The notes under the pieces were generated by a model, which ran no database searches, was not told the DNA's origin, and was given only the letters and a program-made list of their open reading frames with translations. The position numbers and the translations under genes were made by a program. A DNA stretch of 64,000 bases from Verrucomicrobiota bacterium (lineage in GTDB: Bacteria > Verrucomicrobiota > Verrucomicrobiia > Limisphaerales > UBA1096), in contig JACNJE010000095.1 in assembly GCA_014382705.1 (NCBI GenBank), forward strand, positions 303 to 64,302. Direction: 5' to 3'. Positions within the stretch are counted from its first letter, which is position 1. Every line of letters begins with the position of its first letter. Positions 48,635 through 57,422 of the stretch are shown here, piece by piece.

Positions 48635-49945
48635 TTACACTTCATCCAACGGCTTCGTGGCGTCGCCGAAGGTTTTGGGGTGGACGTCCATTTTGTCCAT
48701 CATGCTGAGGAAAAGGCGGGACATTTGGCGGTTGGGTTTGCCGAGGTAATCCAGATTCTGCCCGCCCTTGATGCGGTCACCGCCCCCGCCGAGCAGCACG
48801 ACTGGCAACTGCTTGGCGTCGTGATGGCCGTTAATCATGCTGGAGCAGAGCATCAACATGGAGTTGTCGAGCGCGGTGCGTTCGCCTTCCTGAATGCCGT
48901 CAAGCCGCTTGGCGATGTAGGCCATTTGCTCGAGGAAAAACTGGTTCACTTTCAGCCAGTCTTCGGTGTCGCTGTGGGAGAGCAAATGGTGAATCATGTA
49001 ATCCACGCCAAGGTGCGGGAAGCGCAGCGTGCCGTGGTCGTTGTTTAATTTGAGCGTGCAGACGCGCGTGGTGTCCGTCTGAAACGCCAGCACGAGCAGG
49101 TCGCTCATCAGCCGCATGTGCTCGACGATATCCTGCGGGTAGCCGTCTTTCGGGCGCGGCATGTTCGGCTTGGTCAACGTCGGCCTCCAGCCCTGCAGTT
49201 CGCCGCGTTTGCCGGCGCTTTCGATTCGTTGTTCGACCTCGCGAACGGAGTTCAAATATTCATCGAGCTTCTGCTGGTCGAGCCGGCTGATGTTACGGCG
49301 CAAATCCTTCGCGTCCGACAGCACGGCGTCGAGCACGCTTTGGTCGCCGACCTGTGCCTTGTCCTTGAACATCTGGTCGAACGCCAGCGCAGGATAGACC
49401 TCAAGCGGCGTCGGCGTGGTCGGGCTGCTCCATGAGATGTGCGAGCTGTACAGCATCGAGTAATCCTTGTGCACGGAGGGGTTCGCCTTCTCGCAGCCCA
49501 ACACCAAACTCGGCAGCTTGGTGCGGTGGCCAATGTGTTGCGCGACATACTGATCGACGCTTGTGCCGGATTGAATCCGCCCGCCCGAGGCCAACGGCGC
49601 GCCGGAGAGCAGGTTCCCGGTCTGCGAACTGTGGATGTTGCCCTTGAGCGCCTCGGCGTTGTAGAGGCCGCGGATGAACACCATCCGGTCGCGGAAATCG
49701 TTGAGCGGATGGAGCACCTTGCCCAGCTGCATTTTGGCACCCTCACCCTTGGCCCACCACTCGTGCCGATGAAATCCGCAGCCGGCGAACAAGATCGCCA
49801 TGCGGGTTGGTGCCTCGCTCGACTGCTTGGCTTCGCGCCGGGTGTCGCCCCACACGCGAAGAGATTCCATCCATGGCAGCGCCATCGTCACGCCCAAGCC
49901 ATGTAGCATGGTGCGCCGGGAAAGTTGATGATGCACAGTTTTCAT
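48635..49945 (-). CDS. DUF1552 domain protein (Tat-like signal)
   Basis: SRRTMLHGLGVTMALPWMESL and the overall DUF1552 pattern. Directly downstream of a DUF1592-family gene, the canonical pairing. Confidence 0.8.
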   Translation of the reverse strand: MKTVHHQLSRRTMLHGLGVTMALPWMESLRVWGDTRREAKQSSEAPTRMAILFAGCGFHRHEWWAKGEGAKMQLGKVLHPLNDFRDRMVFIRGLYNAEALKGNIHSSQTGNLLSGAPLASGGRIQSGTSVDQYVAQHIGHRTKLPSLVLGCEKANPSVHKDYSMLYSSHISWSSPTTPTPLEVYPALAFDQMFKDKAQVGDQSVLDAVLSDAKDLRRNISRLDQQKLDEYLNSVREVEQRIESAGKRGELQGWRPTLTKPNMPRPKDGYPQDIVEHMRLMSDLLVLAFQTDTTRVCTLKLNNDHGTLRFPHLGVDYMIHHLLSHSDTEDWLKVNQFFLEQMAYIAKRLDGIQEGERTALDNSMLMLCSSMINGHHDAKQLPVVLLGGGGDRIKGGQNLDYLGKPNRQMSRLFLSMMDKMDVHPKTFGDATKPLDEV

Positions 49946-49987
49946 TTTAGTTCGTTTCGACTGATGCTGAATCGGTGACGCCGTGAG

Positions 49988-52900
49988 TCAATCCTCGTTT
50001 TTGGCCAGTTGACCCCGGATTTTGCGGAACTGCGGGCTGAGCACGATTGTCTCGACTGCGGCGCTAAACCGGTAGTCGTTCGCCTTGAGACGCTTCTGCA
50101 TTTCCTCGATCAACAGCAAATCCGATAGCGCCACCTCTCGGCCCAGCGCGTAGCCGAGCAGCTTGCGGCAGAATTGCTCAAGCACATCGTCCATGCGCTC
50201 GGTGGCGAGATGCTCGCGCAGACCGATCAGTCCCTCAATGCGAGTGCCGTCGGTGAGCTGCGTCCGGGTGTCGACCGCGGCGGGGCGCTGCCGCCCGATC
50301 GGGTCGAACTGTTCCAGTGCGAAGCCGTACGGGTCGATGCGTTCGTGGCATTTGGCGCATTCCGGCACAGAGCTGTGCTGCTCGATGAGCTGCCGCGCGG
50401 TCAGTCCGCTGGGCACGCTCTCCGGCAACTGCGGCACGTCCGCCGGAGGCCGGGGCAGCTTCTCGCCGAGCAATGTTTCGTAAACCCAGTTGCCGCGCAG
50501 GATCGGGCTGGTTCGCGACGCGCCGGAGTTCACCGCCAGCACCGTGGCCAAGCCGAGCACGCCGCCGCGTCCCTTGGCCTGCATGCCGTCCACGCGCTGC
50601 CACGCCTCGCCGCTCACGCCGTCGATGCTGTAGAGCTTGGCCAAGCGCCCGTTCAAAAACGTGTGATCCGCGGTCAGCAGATCGAGCACCGAGCCGTCAT
50701 TGCGAAACAGGTCTTCAAAAAAACGAACCGATTCCTCGTACATGTCGCCGCGCAGCGTGGCGAACTCGGGAAAGCGCTGCTCGTTTTTGTCATCGTTTTG
50801 GTCGAACCCGCGGATGTGCAGCCATTGGCAGGCGAACTGTTCGGCCAAGCGGCGGGTGCGCGGGTCGCGGAGCATCCGTCGCGCTTGGCCAAGCAGCGCG
50901 TCGTCATTGGTCAAAATACCGTCGGCGGCCGCTTGGCCAAGCGCGGCATCCGGAACGGAAGACCACAAAAAATAACTCAGCCGCGTGGCCAGCTCTGTCG
51001 CGGTCACGGCCACCGGCTTGGCTCCCTCTCCGGCCTGTTCGCGCCGGTACAAAAACGCGGGTGAGGTCAGCACACGCGCGAGCGTCAACTGGATCGCTTT
51101 TTCATGGTCGATCTCGCGCTCGCGCAGCGCTTGGTACAGCTCGCGCAATCCGTCCTGATCGTCCTCTGTCAACGGCCGGCGCCACGCTTGGTTGGCCCAG
51201 TCGATCACTGCGTCGAGTTGCTTTGGTTCATCCGCCAGCAACCGCGCACGAAACGCCGCCACCTCGTCCAGCAGGATCGGTTTGTACGGCTTCCATGCGA
51301 TGACGAGGTCCGGCCGGTCCTGCGTCGAAAACTCGACGATCTGCTCGTAGGCGACCTCCTTCTTGAACGGCTCCTTGGTGATGTACAGCAACTCGTCCCA
51401 CAGCCGATCCAGTTCGGCTTTCTCGGTTTCGTTGAGCATGAGGCGCTGCATCGGTTCGTCTTCGCGGAAGTACAGCGACAGCGTGACCACTTCATCGACC
51501 GGCACGATTTGCGGGTAACAGATCGAGGCCGGGAACAGGTCGCGGAAATCGTCGAACCCGGCGTTGATGCGCTTCTCCGTGGCGCTGCCGGTCGTGGTGA
51601 TGATGGGCTGCGTCGGCGACAATGCAGCCGCCCCGCCCCGGGCCAAGCCGGCTGCCAACTGCACGCTGCCATCGCGGCCGTGCTCCGGTTCCAGATCCCC
51701 CGAGACAACAAGCGTGCGGCCCTCGGCCAGCGAGGCCGGGATGCGCAGCTCGACCTCCTGCGGCGCCTTTACGATGAGGTCGGCAGAGACCACCGTGTGC
51801 CCGAGGGGATGCCTGCCAAATCGCTCATCCGGTTTCACCGACTTGAGCAATTTTTCGTAGCGGCTCGGGACGGCGATTTTGTGCAGGTGCGATAGCAACT
51901 CCGCGTCGGGTGAACCGGCTTCCGGCTGCGTTGCCCCGATCGCGAGCGCCTGAATTTTCCCGGCCAACGCCGCGCGATTGATCGCGTCCGATTCGTCCCG
52001 CCACTCCGCGAGCAGCGACTCCGCCGGCACACTCAACGCATCGCTGCTCACCTTGGCTACATCCGCTACGTTGCCGCTGTAAAAATGCCAGACCGCATCG
52101 TGGCCGTGCCGGTCCTTCAGCGGATTGCCCTCGAGGATTCTGCTGGAGATGTCTTTTGAAATGTCCCACACCCGCTTGGCCCCGCCGATCTCGGTCAGCG
52201 TCATGTCGGCGTGCGTGAGGTCGCAGGCGTGACTGCCATCTTTTGGCCCGACGACCAGTCGAACCACGTCGCCGCGGTGTACCTGCAGTGTCTGCGTTTT
52301 TAACTCGCCGTTGCCGCCCGCGTTGTAAACCCCGTGCCCGAGGTTGCCGGTCTTGCGGCGGGTCTGGTGTTGCACCCACCACTCGCCGCCGTTGCCGCAG
52401 TTCGCGTGGGCGTCGGCGATTTTTGCCGAGACGGTAACCTGCCCGTCGATCGGGCTTTTCCAGCCGACGGCGACGAACAGTGTCGGTGAGGGATGCACCT
52501 CGACTCCGTGCGGCCGGGCGAGCCCCGGGATGCGATACTCGGCGTCGGAAGAATTCGCCACGACGCTTGGCGTCTCAGGCAGACCCCAGCCGTTGACGTA
52601 AGCGGAGCCACCGACACGCTCCATTTTTCTCGTGAACAAACCGGTGACAGTCACCGGTTTTGGCGGGCCAAGCGCGAGGTAATCGAGCCAGGCGGAGAGT
52701 ACGTCGGCTTCAAGATTGTGGTGCTTCGCCATGCGGTTTACATCCGCTTGGCCAGATTCGGCCTCGATGGCTGCGTCGAGGTAGCGTGCCGTGAGCGCAA
52801 GCGATTCGTGGCGCAACTTGGCCAAGCGCTTGACCAGGCCGGGCACGTCCCGCAGCGCCAAATCCGGCTTGTTGTCACCGGTCAACCGCGGGTTTCGCCA

Positions 52901-54127
52901 GCGCACAAAATCGTTCGCGGCCCCGTCCCCCGCGTTGGTTGCCGAGAGAAAAACGACCACATCGCCGCCGTTCGGTGGGGGGGTGAGCTTGATGCTGAAA
53001 TCCTGTGTCGACTGCGTGACGTATTTGGGATTCATCCATCCCGTTGGCCCGCCCTCCCGTCCGATGTGGCCGATCGGGTCGAACCGCCACAACGCCTGCT
53101 GCCACTGGTGAATCATCTCGACGAACGGCTTGGCGTCCGTGCCCTTGGTGGCATGCCACAGTTCGCGAATGCGGTTGAGCACCAGCGACCCGCCGGGCGC
53201 GACTTCCTGATGAAGCATGCCCCACAGCGTCTGAAAATATTTTGCATTCAGCCCGTGCTCGGCCGCTGCGGCCCCGATGGTTATCCGCCCTTGGCCAAGC
53301 GCCTCGCGTTCGGCCAGTGCGGCAGCGAAATAAGCCTCGAGCGGAATGCTGCCGTTGCGGCGGATCACGTTGGCTTTGGCCGTCGCGGGGTCGTCCCACG
53401 TGTCCCCCAACTGCCGGTTGACGTTCACGTGTCGCGCGTAAAACTGGTGAATGCGCGCCATGAGTTCGTCCGCCCGGTCGCGCTCGGTCGTGTGTTCAGA
53501 AAACCGGATGCCGTCCGGCAGCAGCACGACGTGCCGGGCGACCTCCTTGCCGGCCTCGAGAAATTTATCGACCAGCGCGGGTGACATCCCAAGCGCATCG
53601 CCGGCGTTGGTGAAGCCCTCCCCCGCCGCGCCGTCGACCGGGAATTCGCGGGTGGGATTCAGCGTTGCCACGCCAGTGAGGTCTCGCACGGAAAAGTTGT
53701 ACTCGTCGTTGTTGAGTCGGCGCAGCACCACCCGGCCGGGGTCGCCGGCCAACGCTCTGGCTTCCTCGATCAGGAATCTTTTCACCCATTGCTGAAGCGT
53801 GTCCCGCTGCGTGTCGCTGGGTTGATCCGATTTTTTCGGGGGCATCTGCCGGCTCGACAGCATGTCCTCGACCTTCACCCAGACCTTGGCGTTGCGCCGG
53901 AGATCGGCGAGCGACCGGAACGAATCGAGATCCACCTCCGCCTCGGCGTCCTCCCCGGAATGGCAGTCGAAACAAAACTGATCGAGCAGCGGACGGATCG
54001 ATTTGGAATAGGCGGCGCCCAAGTCCTCGGCAGCCGCCGGCCGAAGGGGCGAGGCGGCGAGCCAACAAGATGCCATCACCAGCAGGAAAACTGAGTCTCG
54101 CTTCGGGAAAAACTGGGGGGACGACAT
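49988..54127 (-). CDS. DUF1592/DUF1595/DUF1588/DUF1587/DUF1585-family protein with an N-terminal cytochrome c-like motif (1379 aa)
   Basis: Signal peptide, CFDCHSGED, ...FLYRRE..., ...SRTSPILRGNWV..., ...CAKCHERIDPYGFALEQFDPIGRQR. Confidence 0.8.
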   Translation of the reverse strand: MSSPQFFPKRDSVFLLVMASCWLAASPLRPAAAEDLGAAYSKSIRPLLDQFCFDCHSGEDAEAEVDLDSFRSLADLRRNAKVWVKVEDMLSSRQMPPKKSDQPSDTQRDTLQQWVKRFLIEEARALAGDPGRVVLRRLNNDEYNFSVRDLTGVATLNPTREFPVDGAAGEGFTNAGDALGMSPALVDKFLEAGKEVARHVVLLPDGIRFSEHTTERDRADELMARIHQFYARHVNVNRQLGDTWDDPATAKANVIRRNGSIPLEAYFAAALAEREALGQGRITIGAAAAEHGLNAKYFQTLWGMLHQEVAPGGSLVLNRIRELWHATKGTDAKPFVEMIHQWQQALWRFDPIGHIGREGGPTGWMNPKYVTQSTQDFSIKLTPPPNGGDVVVFLSATNAGDGAANDFVRWRNPRLTGDNKPDLALRDVPGLVKRLAKLRHESLALTARYLDAAIEAESGQADVNRMAKHHNLEADVLSAWLDYLALGPPKPVTVTGLFTRKMERVGGSAYVNGWGLPETPSVVANSSDAEYRIPGLARPHGVEVHPSPTLFVAVGWKSPIDGQVTVSAKIADAHANCGNGGEWWVQHQTRRKTGNLGHGVYNAGGNGELKTQTLQVHRGDVVRLVVGPKDGSHACDLTHADMTLTEIGGAKRVWDISKDISSRILEGNPLKDRHGHDAVWHFYSGNVADVAKVSSDALSVPAESLLAEWRDESDAINRAALAGKIQALAIGATQPEAGSPDAELLSHLHKIAVPSRYEKLLKSVKPDERFGRHPLGHTVVSADLIVKAPQEVELRIPASLAEGRTLVVSGDLEPEHGRDGSVQLAAGLARGGAAALSPTQPIITTTGSATEKRINAGFDDFRDLFPASICYPQIVPVDEVVTLSLYFREDEPMQRLMLNETEKAELDRLWDELLYITKEPFKKEVAYEQIVEFSTQDRPDLVIAWKPYKPILLDEVAAFRARLLADEPKQLDAVIDWANQAWRRPLTEDDQDGLRELYQALREREIDHEKAIQLTLARVLTSPAFLYRREQAGEGAKPVAVTATELATRLSYFLWSSVPDAALGQAAADGILTNDDALLGQARRMLRDPRTRRLAEQFACQWLHIRGFDQNDDKNEQRFPEFATLRGDMYEESVRFFEDLFRNDGSVLDLLTADHTFLNGRLAKLYSIDGVSGEAWQRVDGMQAKGRGGVLGLATVLAVNSGASRTSPILRGNWVYETLLGEKLPRPPADVPQLPESVPSGLTARQLIEQHSSVPECAKCHERIDPYGFALEQFDPIGRQRPAAVDTRTQLTDGTRIEGLIGLREHLATERMDDVLEQFCRKLLGYALGREVALSDLLLIEEMQKRLKANDYRFSAAVETIVLSPQFRKIRGQLAKNED

Positions 54128-54195
54128 GCGGTTGCGGTTTGGATTGCAGGCGTCATCCTTCCCTCAACGTTGCCGCCCGTCAAGCCGCGCCGGGG

Positions 54196-54846
54196 TTATT
54201 CGGACTTGGCCGGGAATCGCTTGTCGATGATCGATGTGTGTGCCGGCAGTTGGATCCGGTTGAGGTCGATCCGTTTTCCGTCGACGATCAATTCGATATC
54301 GCACCGCGCACGCCGGAGATCCAACCGCCGTCCGTCGCCCTCCTTGTAAACCTTCCACTTGCCATTCGCGTTGTGGACAAATTCCGGCAGATGCCCGTTT
54401 TTGTCGCGGAGCGAGTCCGGCCAGGGCGGCCCGATAGTCAGCACACTTTCGCCGGTCACATTGGGCTTGGTATTTGGGGGATAACTTTTGTTGTCCGGCG
54501 TGATCTTTGTGCCGGTTAAAGGCGAGATGATCCGCACGCCGGTCTTCATCGTGGTGCCTAGTTTTTTGTTCGGGCTGCTGTGCAGCGTCAACGTGCCGCC
54601 CTTGCTTTTGAACTTGAGCAGATGGGGCCAGATGATCTCGAACTCCCTGCGGTTGGTGATGTTTATCTCGTGAATCTCGAACGCCGAGTGCACCAGCGTG
54701 CGCGACTGTTTTCGCAGCGGCTCAAACTCCTTCGGCCACGACTTGGGCCAAGCCCCCTCGCTCATGACTCCGAACAGCGCAAACACCCCATTCGCCGCCG
54801 CCGTGAGCGCGACCAAAAACAACAACCTCCGGATGGTTTGCTTCAT
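54196..54846 (-). CDS. hypothetical secreted protein
   Basis: Signal peptide MKQTIRRLLFLVALTAAANG. GC lower than its neighbours. No recognised domain. Confidence 0.45.
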   Translation of the reverse strand: MKQTIRRLLFLVALTAAANGVFALFGVMSEGAWPKSWPKEFEPLRKQSRTLVHSAFEIHEINITNRREFEIIWPHLLKFKSKGGTLTLHSSPNKKLGTTMKTGVRIISPLTGTKITPDNKSYPPNTKPNVTGESVLTIGPPWPDSLRDKNGHLPEFVHNANGKWKVYKEGDGRRLDLRRARCDIELIVDGKRIDLNRIQLPAHTSIIDKRFPAKSE

Positions 54847-54889
54847 AAAAGCAAGACGCAGGGTTTCCGGAAATCTTAGGAGCTACGGC

Positions 54890-55822
54890 TTATTTTTTTT
54901 CGGTCGCCTGAAAGCGGTCGAGGGATTTTTGCAGCTGTACTTTTTCCTGCTGATCCCGGGCGAGGCTGACCGCCTTTTTTTGCAGCGTGATCGCTTCGTC
55001 GACTTTGCCGCTCTCGAACAACGCCAACGCGTAGGTGTCGATGATCTGCGGGTGGCTGCCTTTGGTGAGGTCGTACGCCGCCTTGGCTGCGGCCCGGGCA
55101 AAGTCGAGATCGCGATATTTTAGCGCATCATCGGTCAGCACTGCCCAGGCGATGTTGCTGGACACCTCGGCGTTTGCCTTCACGAGGCTCAAAAGTTCTT
55201 TGCCAATCTTTCGTGTCTCGTCGTCTTTTTTGCCCTCAACGAGGCGTTCCCAGTACTCGACGGAAAGTTGCTGCAGCCGAATCTGCGCGCGTTCCTTGGC
55301 GATCTCTTCCTCGAGGTCGAAGGTGCCTTTCACGAGCCGGTCGATCACGTCGTCGAGACCGCTCTTCGGGTGGCCGACCCAGACGATGCGGTCTTTTTGA
55401 TCGACGACGAACGTTGCCGGGATGCCGGTCTGCCCGAAGGCGCGCATGTAGGCTTGAGACATCGTGTCGCCTTTCTCGATGGCGACGGTGTACTCCATCT
55501 GTTTGCCCAATCGGCGGACGAACCGCTCGACGGTGGCCTTGGGCTCGTCGGTGATGCCGACCACGGTCACGCCCTTGCCCTTGTATTTTTCCTGCAGCTG
55601 GGTCAGGTGCGGGATGCTGTCGCGGCACGGCCCGCACCACGTGGCCCAAAACTCGAGGATGTGGATTTTCTTTTCGCCCGCCTTGGCCAAGTCCACCGGC
55701 TTGCCCTTGACCCAGTGCTCGATCTGCAGCTTGGGCGCCTTGGAGCCGATGTTGGCCGCGTCGGTGGTCGAGATGGCTCCGGCCAAGGCCGTGCCGAGGA
55801 GGGTTGAAAAAATCGTTCTCAT
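54890..55822 (-). CDS. TlpA/redoxin-type thiol:disulfide oxidoreductase fused to a C-terminal TPR-like helical domain
   Basis: Signal peptide, the FWATWCGPCRDSIPHL (WCxxC) motif, and a helical C-terminal half. Confidence 0.75.
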   Translation of the reverse strand: MRTIFSTLLGTALAGAISTTDAANIGSKAPKLQIEHWVKGKPVDLAKAGEKKIHILEFWATWCGPCRDSIPHLTQLQEKYKGKGVTVVGITDEPKATVERFVRRLGKQMEYTVAIEKGDTMSQAYMRAFGQTGIPATFVVDQKDRIVWVGHPKSGLDDVIDRLVKGTFDLEEEIAKERAQIRLQQLSVEYWERLVEGKKDDETRKIGKELLSLVKANAEVSSNIAWAVLTDDALKYRDLDFARAAAKAAYDLTKGSHPQIIDTYALALFESGKVDEAITLQKKAVSLARDQQEKVQLQKSLDRFQATEKK

Positions 55823-56030
55823 ATTGCTGGCCGGGCAGTCTTGGCCAACCGGCTGCGCGTGGCGAACTCATTTTCGGCCCTGGCCAAAAAAACTGCCGGT
55901 CGAATGGTCGTGATTGAGCGTGCCGGGTTCATTGGGTTGGCTGTTTTTGGCGTTGCGCGCATCAACGAGGCTTTAGCATACCGCCGCTCCGAATTGGCAT
56001 GATGCATGCCTTTCGGTTCATCTATCTCCG

Positions 56031-56052
56031 GCCCCGCTTGGCCAAGCGGGGC
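56031..56052. repeat. 22-bp perfect palindrome GCCCCGCTTGGCCAAGCGGGGC immediately 3' of the ORF ending at 56055
   Basis: Read directly. It starts 3 nt after the stop codon. No T-tract. Confidence 0.9.
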
Positions 56053-56054
56053 GG

Positions 56055-56510
56055 CTAAATATTCTCCTTTGACGCGTCGGGGTCTTCCCCGGCCGGCTTC
56101 TTTGCGCCGGGGGGCGGCTCGACCACGACAACCGGCAATGGGTACCGCAACTTCATTACGTCGTCGACGATCACCTCCACGGTGTACACGCCGGGTGCCT
56201 CAAACTTGGTGCCGGCGAACACCGCGATGTTGGTCGCGTGATGCGCCGGGTCGCGCAGCATAAACTTGGTCTCGCACTTGCGGATGACCGTCTCCTGGTC
56301 AGGCGCGGTGAGGCGAATGTTCTCGTGGAATTCGCCCACACCGGCGACCCAGCGGGTGAACACGCACAGTTTGCCGGCGACGATCGGCAGCTTGGGCACG
56401 CGGATGGCACCGATGATGCCCAGCGCGATAAAGTTGCCGGTGACCTCCTGCCGCACGTCTTCGCACAGCACGGAGCATTGCAGGTCGGGGAGTATTCGGG
56501 AGGCTTGCAT
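56055..56510 (-). CDS. hypothetical protein (151 aa)
   Basis: Clean ORF with a plausible beta-rich sequence. No motif recognised with confidence. Confidence 0.5.
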   Translation of the reverse strand: MQASRILPDLQCSVLCEDVRQEVTGNFIALGIIGAIRVPKLPIVAGKLCVFTRWVAGVGEFHENIRLTAPDQETVIRKCETKFMLRDPAHHATNIAVFAGTKFEAPGVYTVEVIVDDVMKLRYPLPVVVVEPPPGAKKPAGEDPDASKENI

Positions 56511-56522
56511 TCTGTTGTAAAA

Positions 56523-57422
56523 CTATCGGCCGCCCCCGCCGGTTTGCTGCCCGGCGGCGCGGACGGTGTTGCGCATCAGCATGGCGATCGTCATCGGGCC
56601 GACGCCGCCGGGGTTCGGGGTGATTTTTCCGGCGACCGGCTGCACGGCGGTGAAGTCGATGTCGCCCACGAGCCGGTAACCCTTCTCGGCGGCGGGATCC
56701 TCGACGCGATTGACGCCAACGTCGATCACCGTCGCGCCCGGCTTGACCATGTCGGCCTTGACGAACCCGGCCACGCCCATCGCCGCCACAAGGATGTCCG
56801 CCCGCCGGCAATGCCCCGCCACGTCTCGGCTGCGCGAATGGCAGAGGGTGACCGTGGCGTTGGCGTGCTGTTTTTTTTGGCAAAGAATCGCCGCCATCGG
56901 CTTGCCGACAATGTTGCCCCGGCCGAGGATCACCACCTCCACGCCCTCGATGGTCACACCGGAGCGAATCAGCAACTCGTGCACGCCGCCGGGGGTGCAC
57001 GGCACGAAGCCGCCGGCCTCGCCGAGCATCAGTTTGCCGGCGTTCACCGGGTGAAAGCCGTCGACATCCTTCGCCGGCGACACGGTGGAGAACACCTTCG
57101 TCTCGTCGATGTGCCCCGGCAGCGGTGCCTGCACGAGCACGCCGTGCACGGCGGGGTCGATGTTGAGTTTTTCGAGCAGCTCCAGCAGTTCCGCCTCCGG
57201 CGTCTCCTCCGGCAGCACGGTAGTCTCGGAGCGGATGCCCAGTTTGGCCGCAGCCCGTTCCTTCATGCCGACGTACGCCCTCGACGCCGGATCGTCGCCG
57301 ACGCGGACGAACCGAAGCCCCGGCTCGACGCCGGCCGACTTGAGCGCGACGACACGGGACTCGGTGTCCGCGTGAACTTCCTGGGCGATCGCGCGGCCGT
57401 CTATCAGGTTATCCGCCGGCAT
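56523..57422 (-). CDS. folD: bifunctional methylenetetrahydrofolate dehydrogenase / methenyl-THF cyclohydrolase
   Basis: ...VGDDPASRAYVGMK..., ...PLPGHID..., ...GRGNIVGKPMA..., ...PGGVGPMTIAML. Confidence 0.95.
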   Translation of the reverse strand: MPADNLIDGRAIAQEVHADTESRVVALKSAGVEPGLRFVRVGDDPASRAYVGMKERAAAKLGIRSETTVLPEETPEAELLELLEKLNIDPAVHGVLVQAPLPGHIDETKVFSTVSPAKDVDGFHPVNAGKLMLGEAGGFVPCTPGGVHELLIRSGVTIEGVEVVILGRGNIVGKPMAAILCQKKQHANATVTLCHSRSRDVAGHCRRADILVAAMGVAGFVKADMVKPGATVIDVGVNRVEDPAAEKGYRLVGDIDFTAVQPVAGKITPNPGGVGPMTIAMLMRNTVRAAGQQTGGGGR

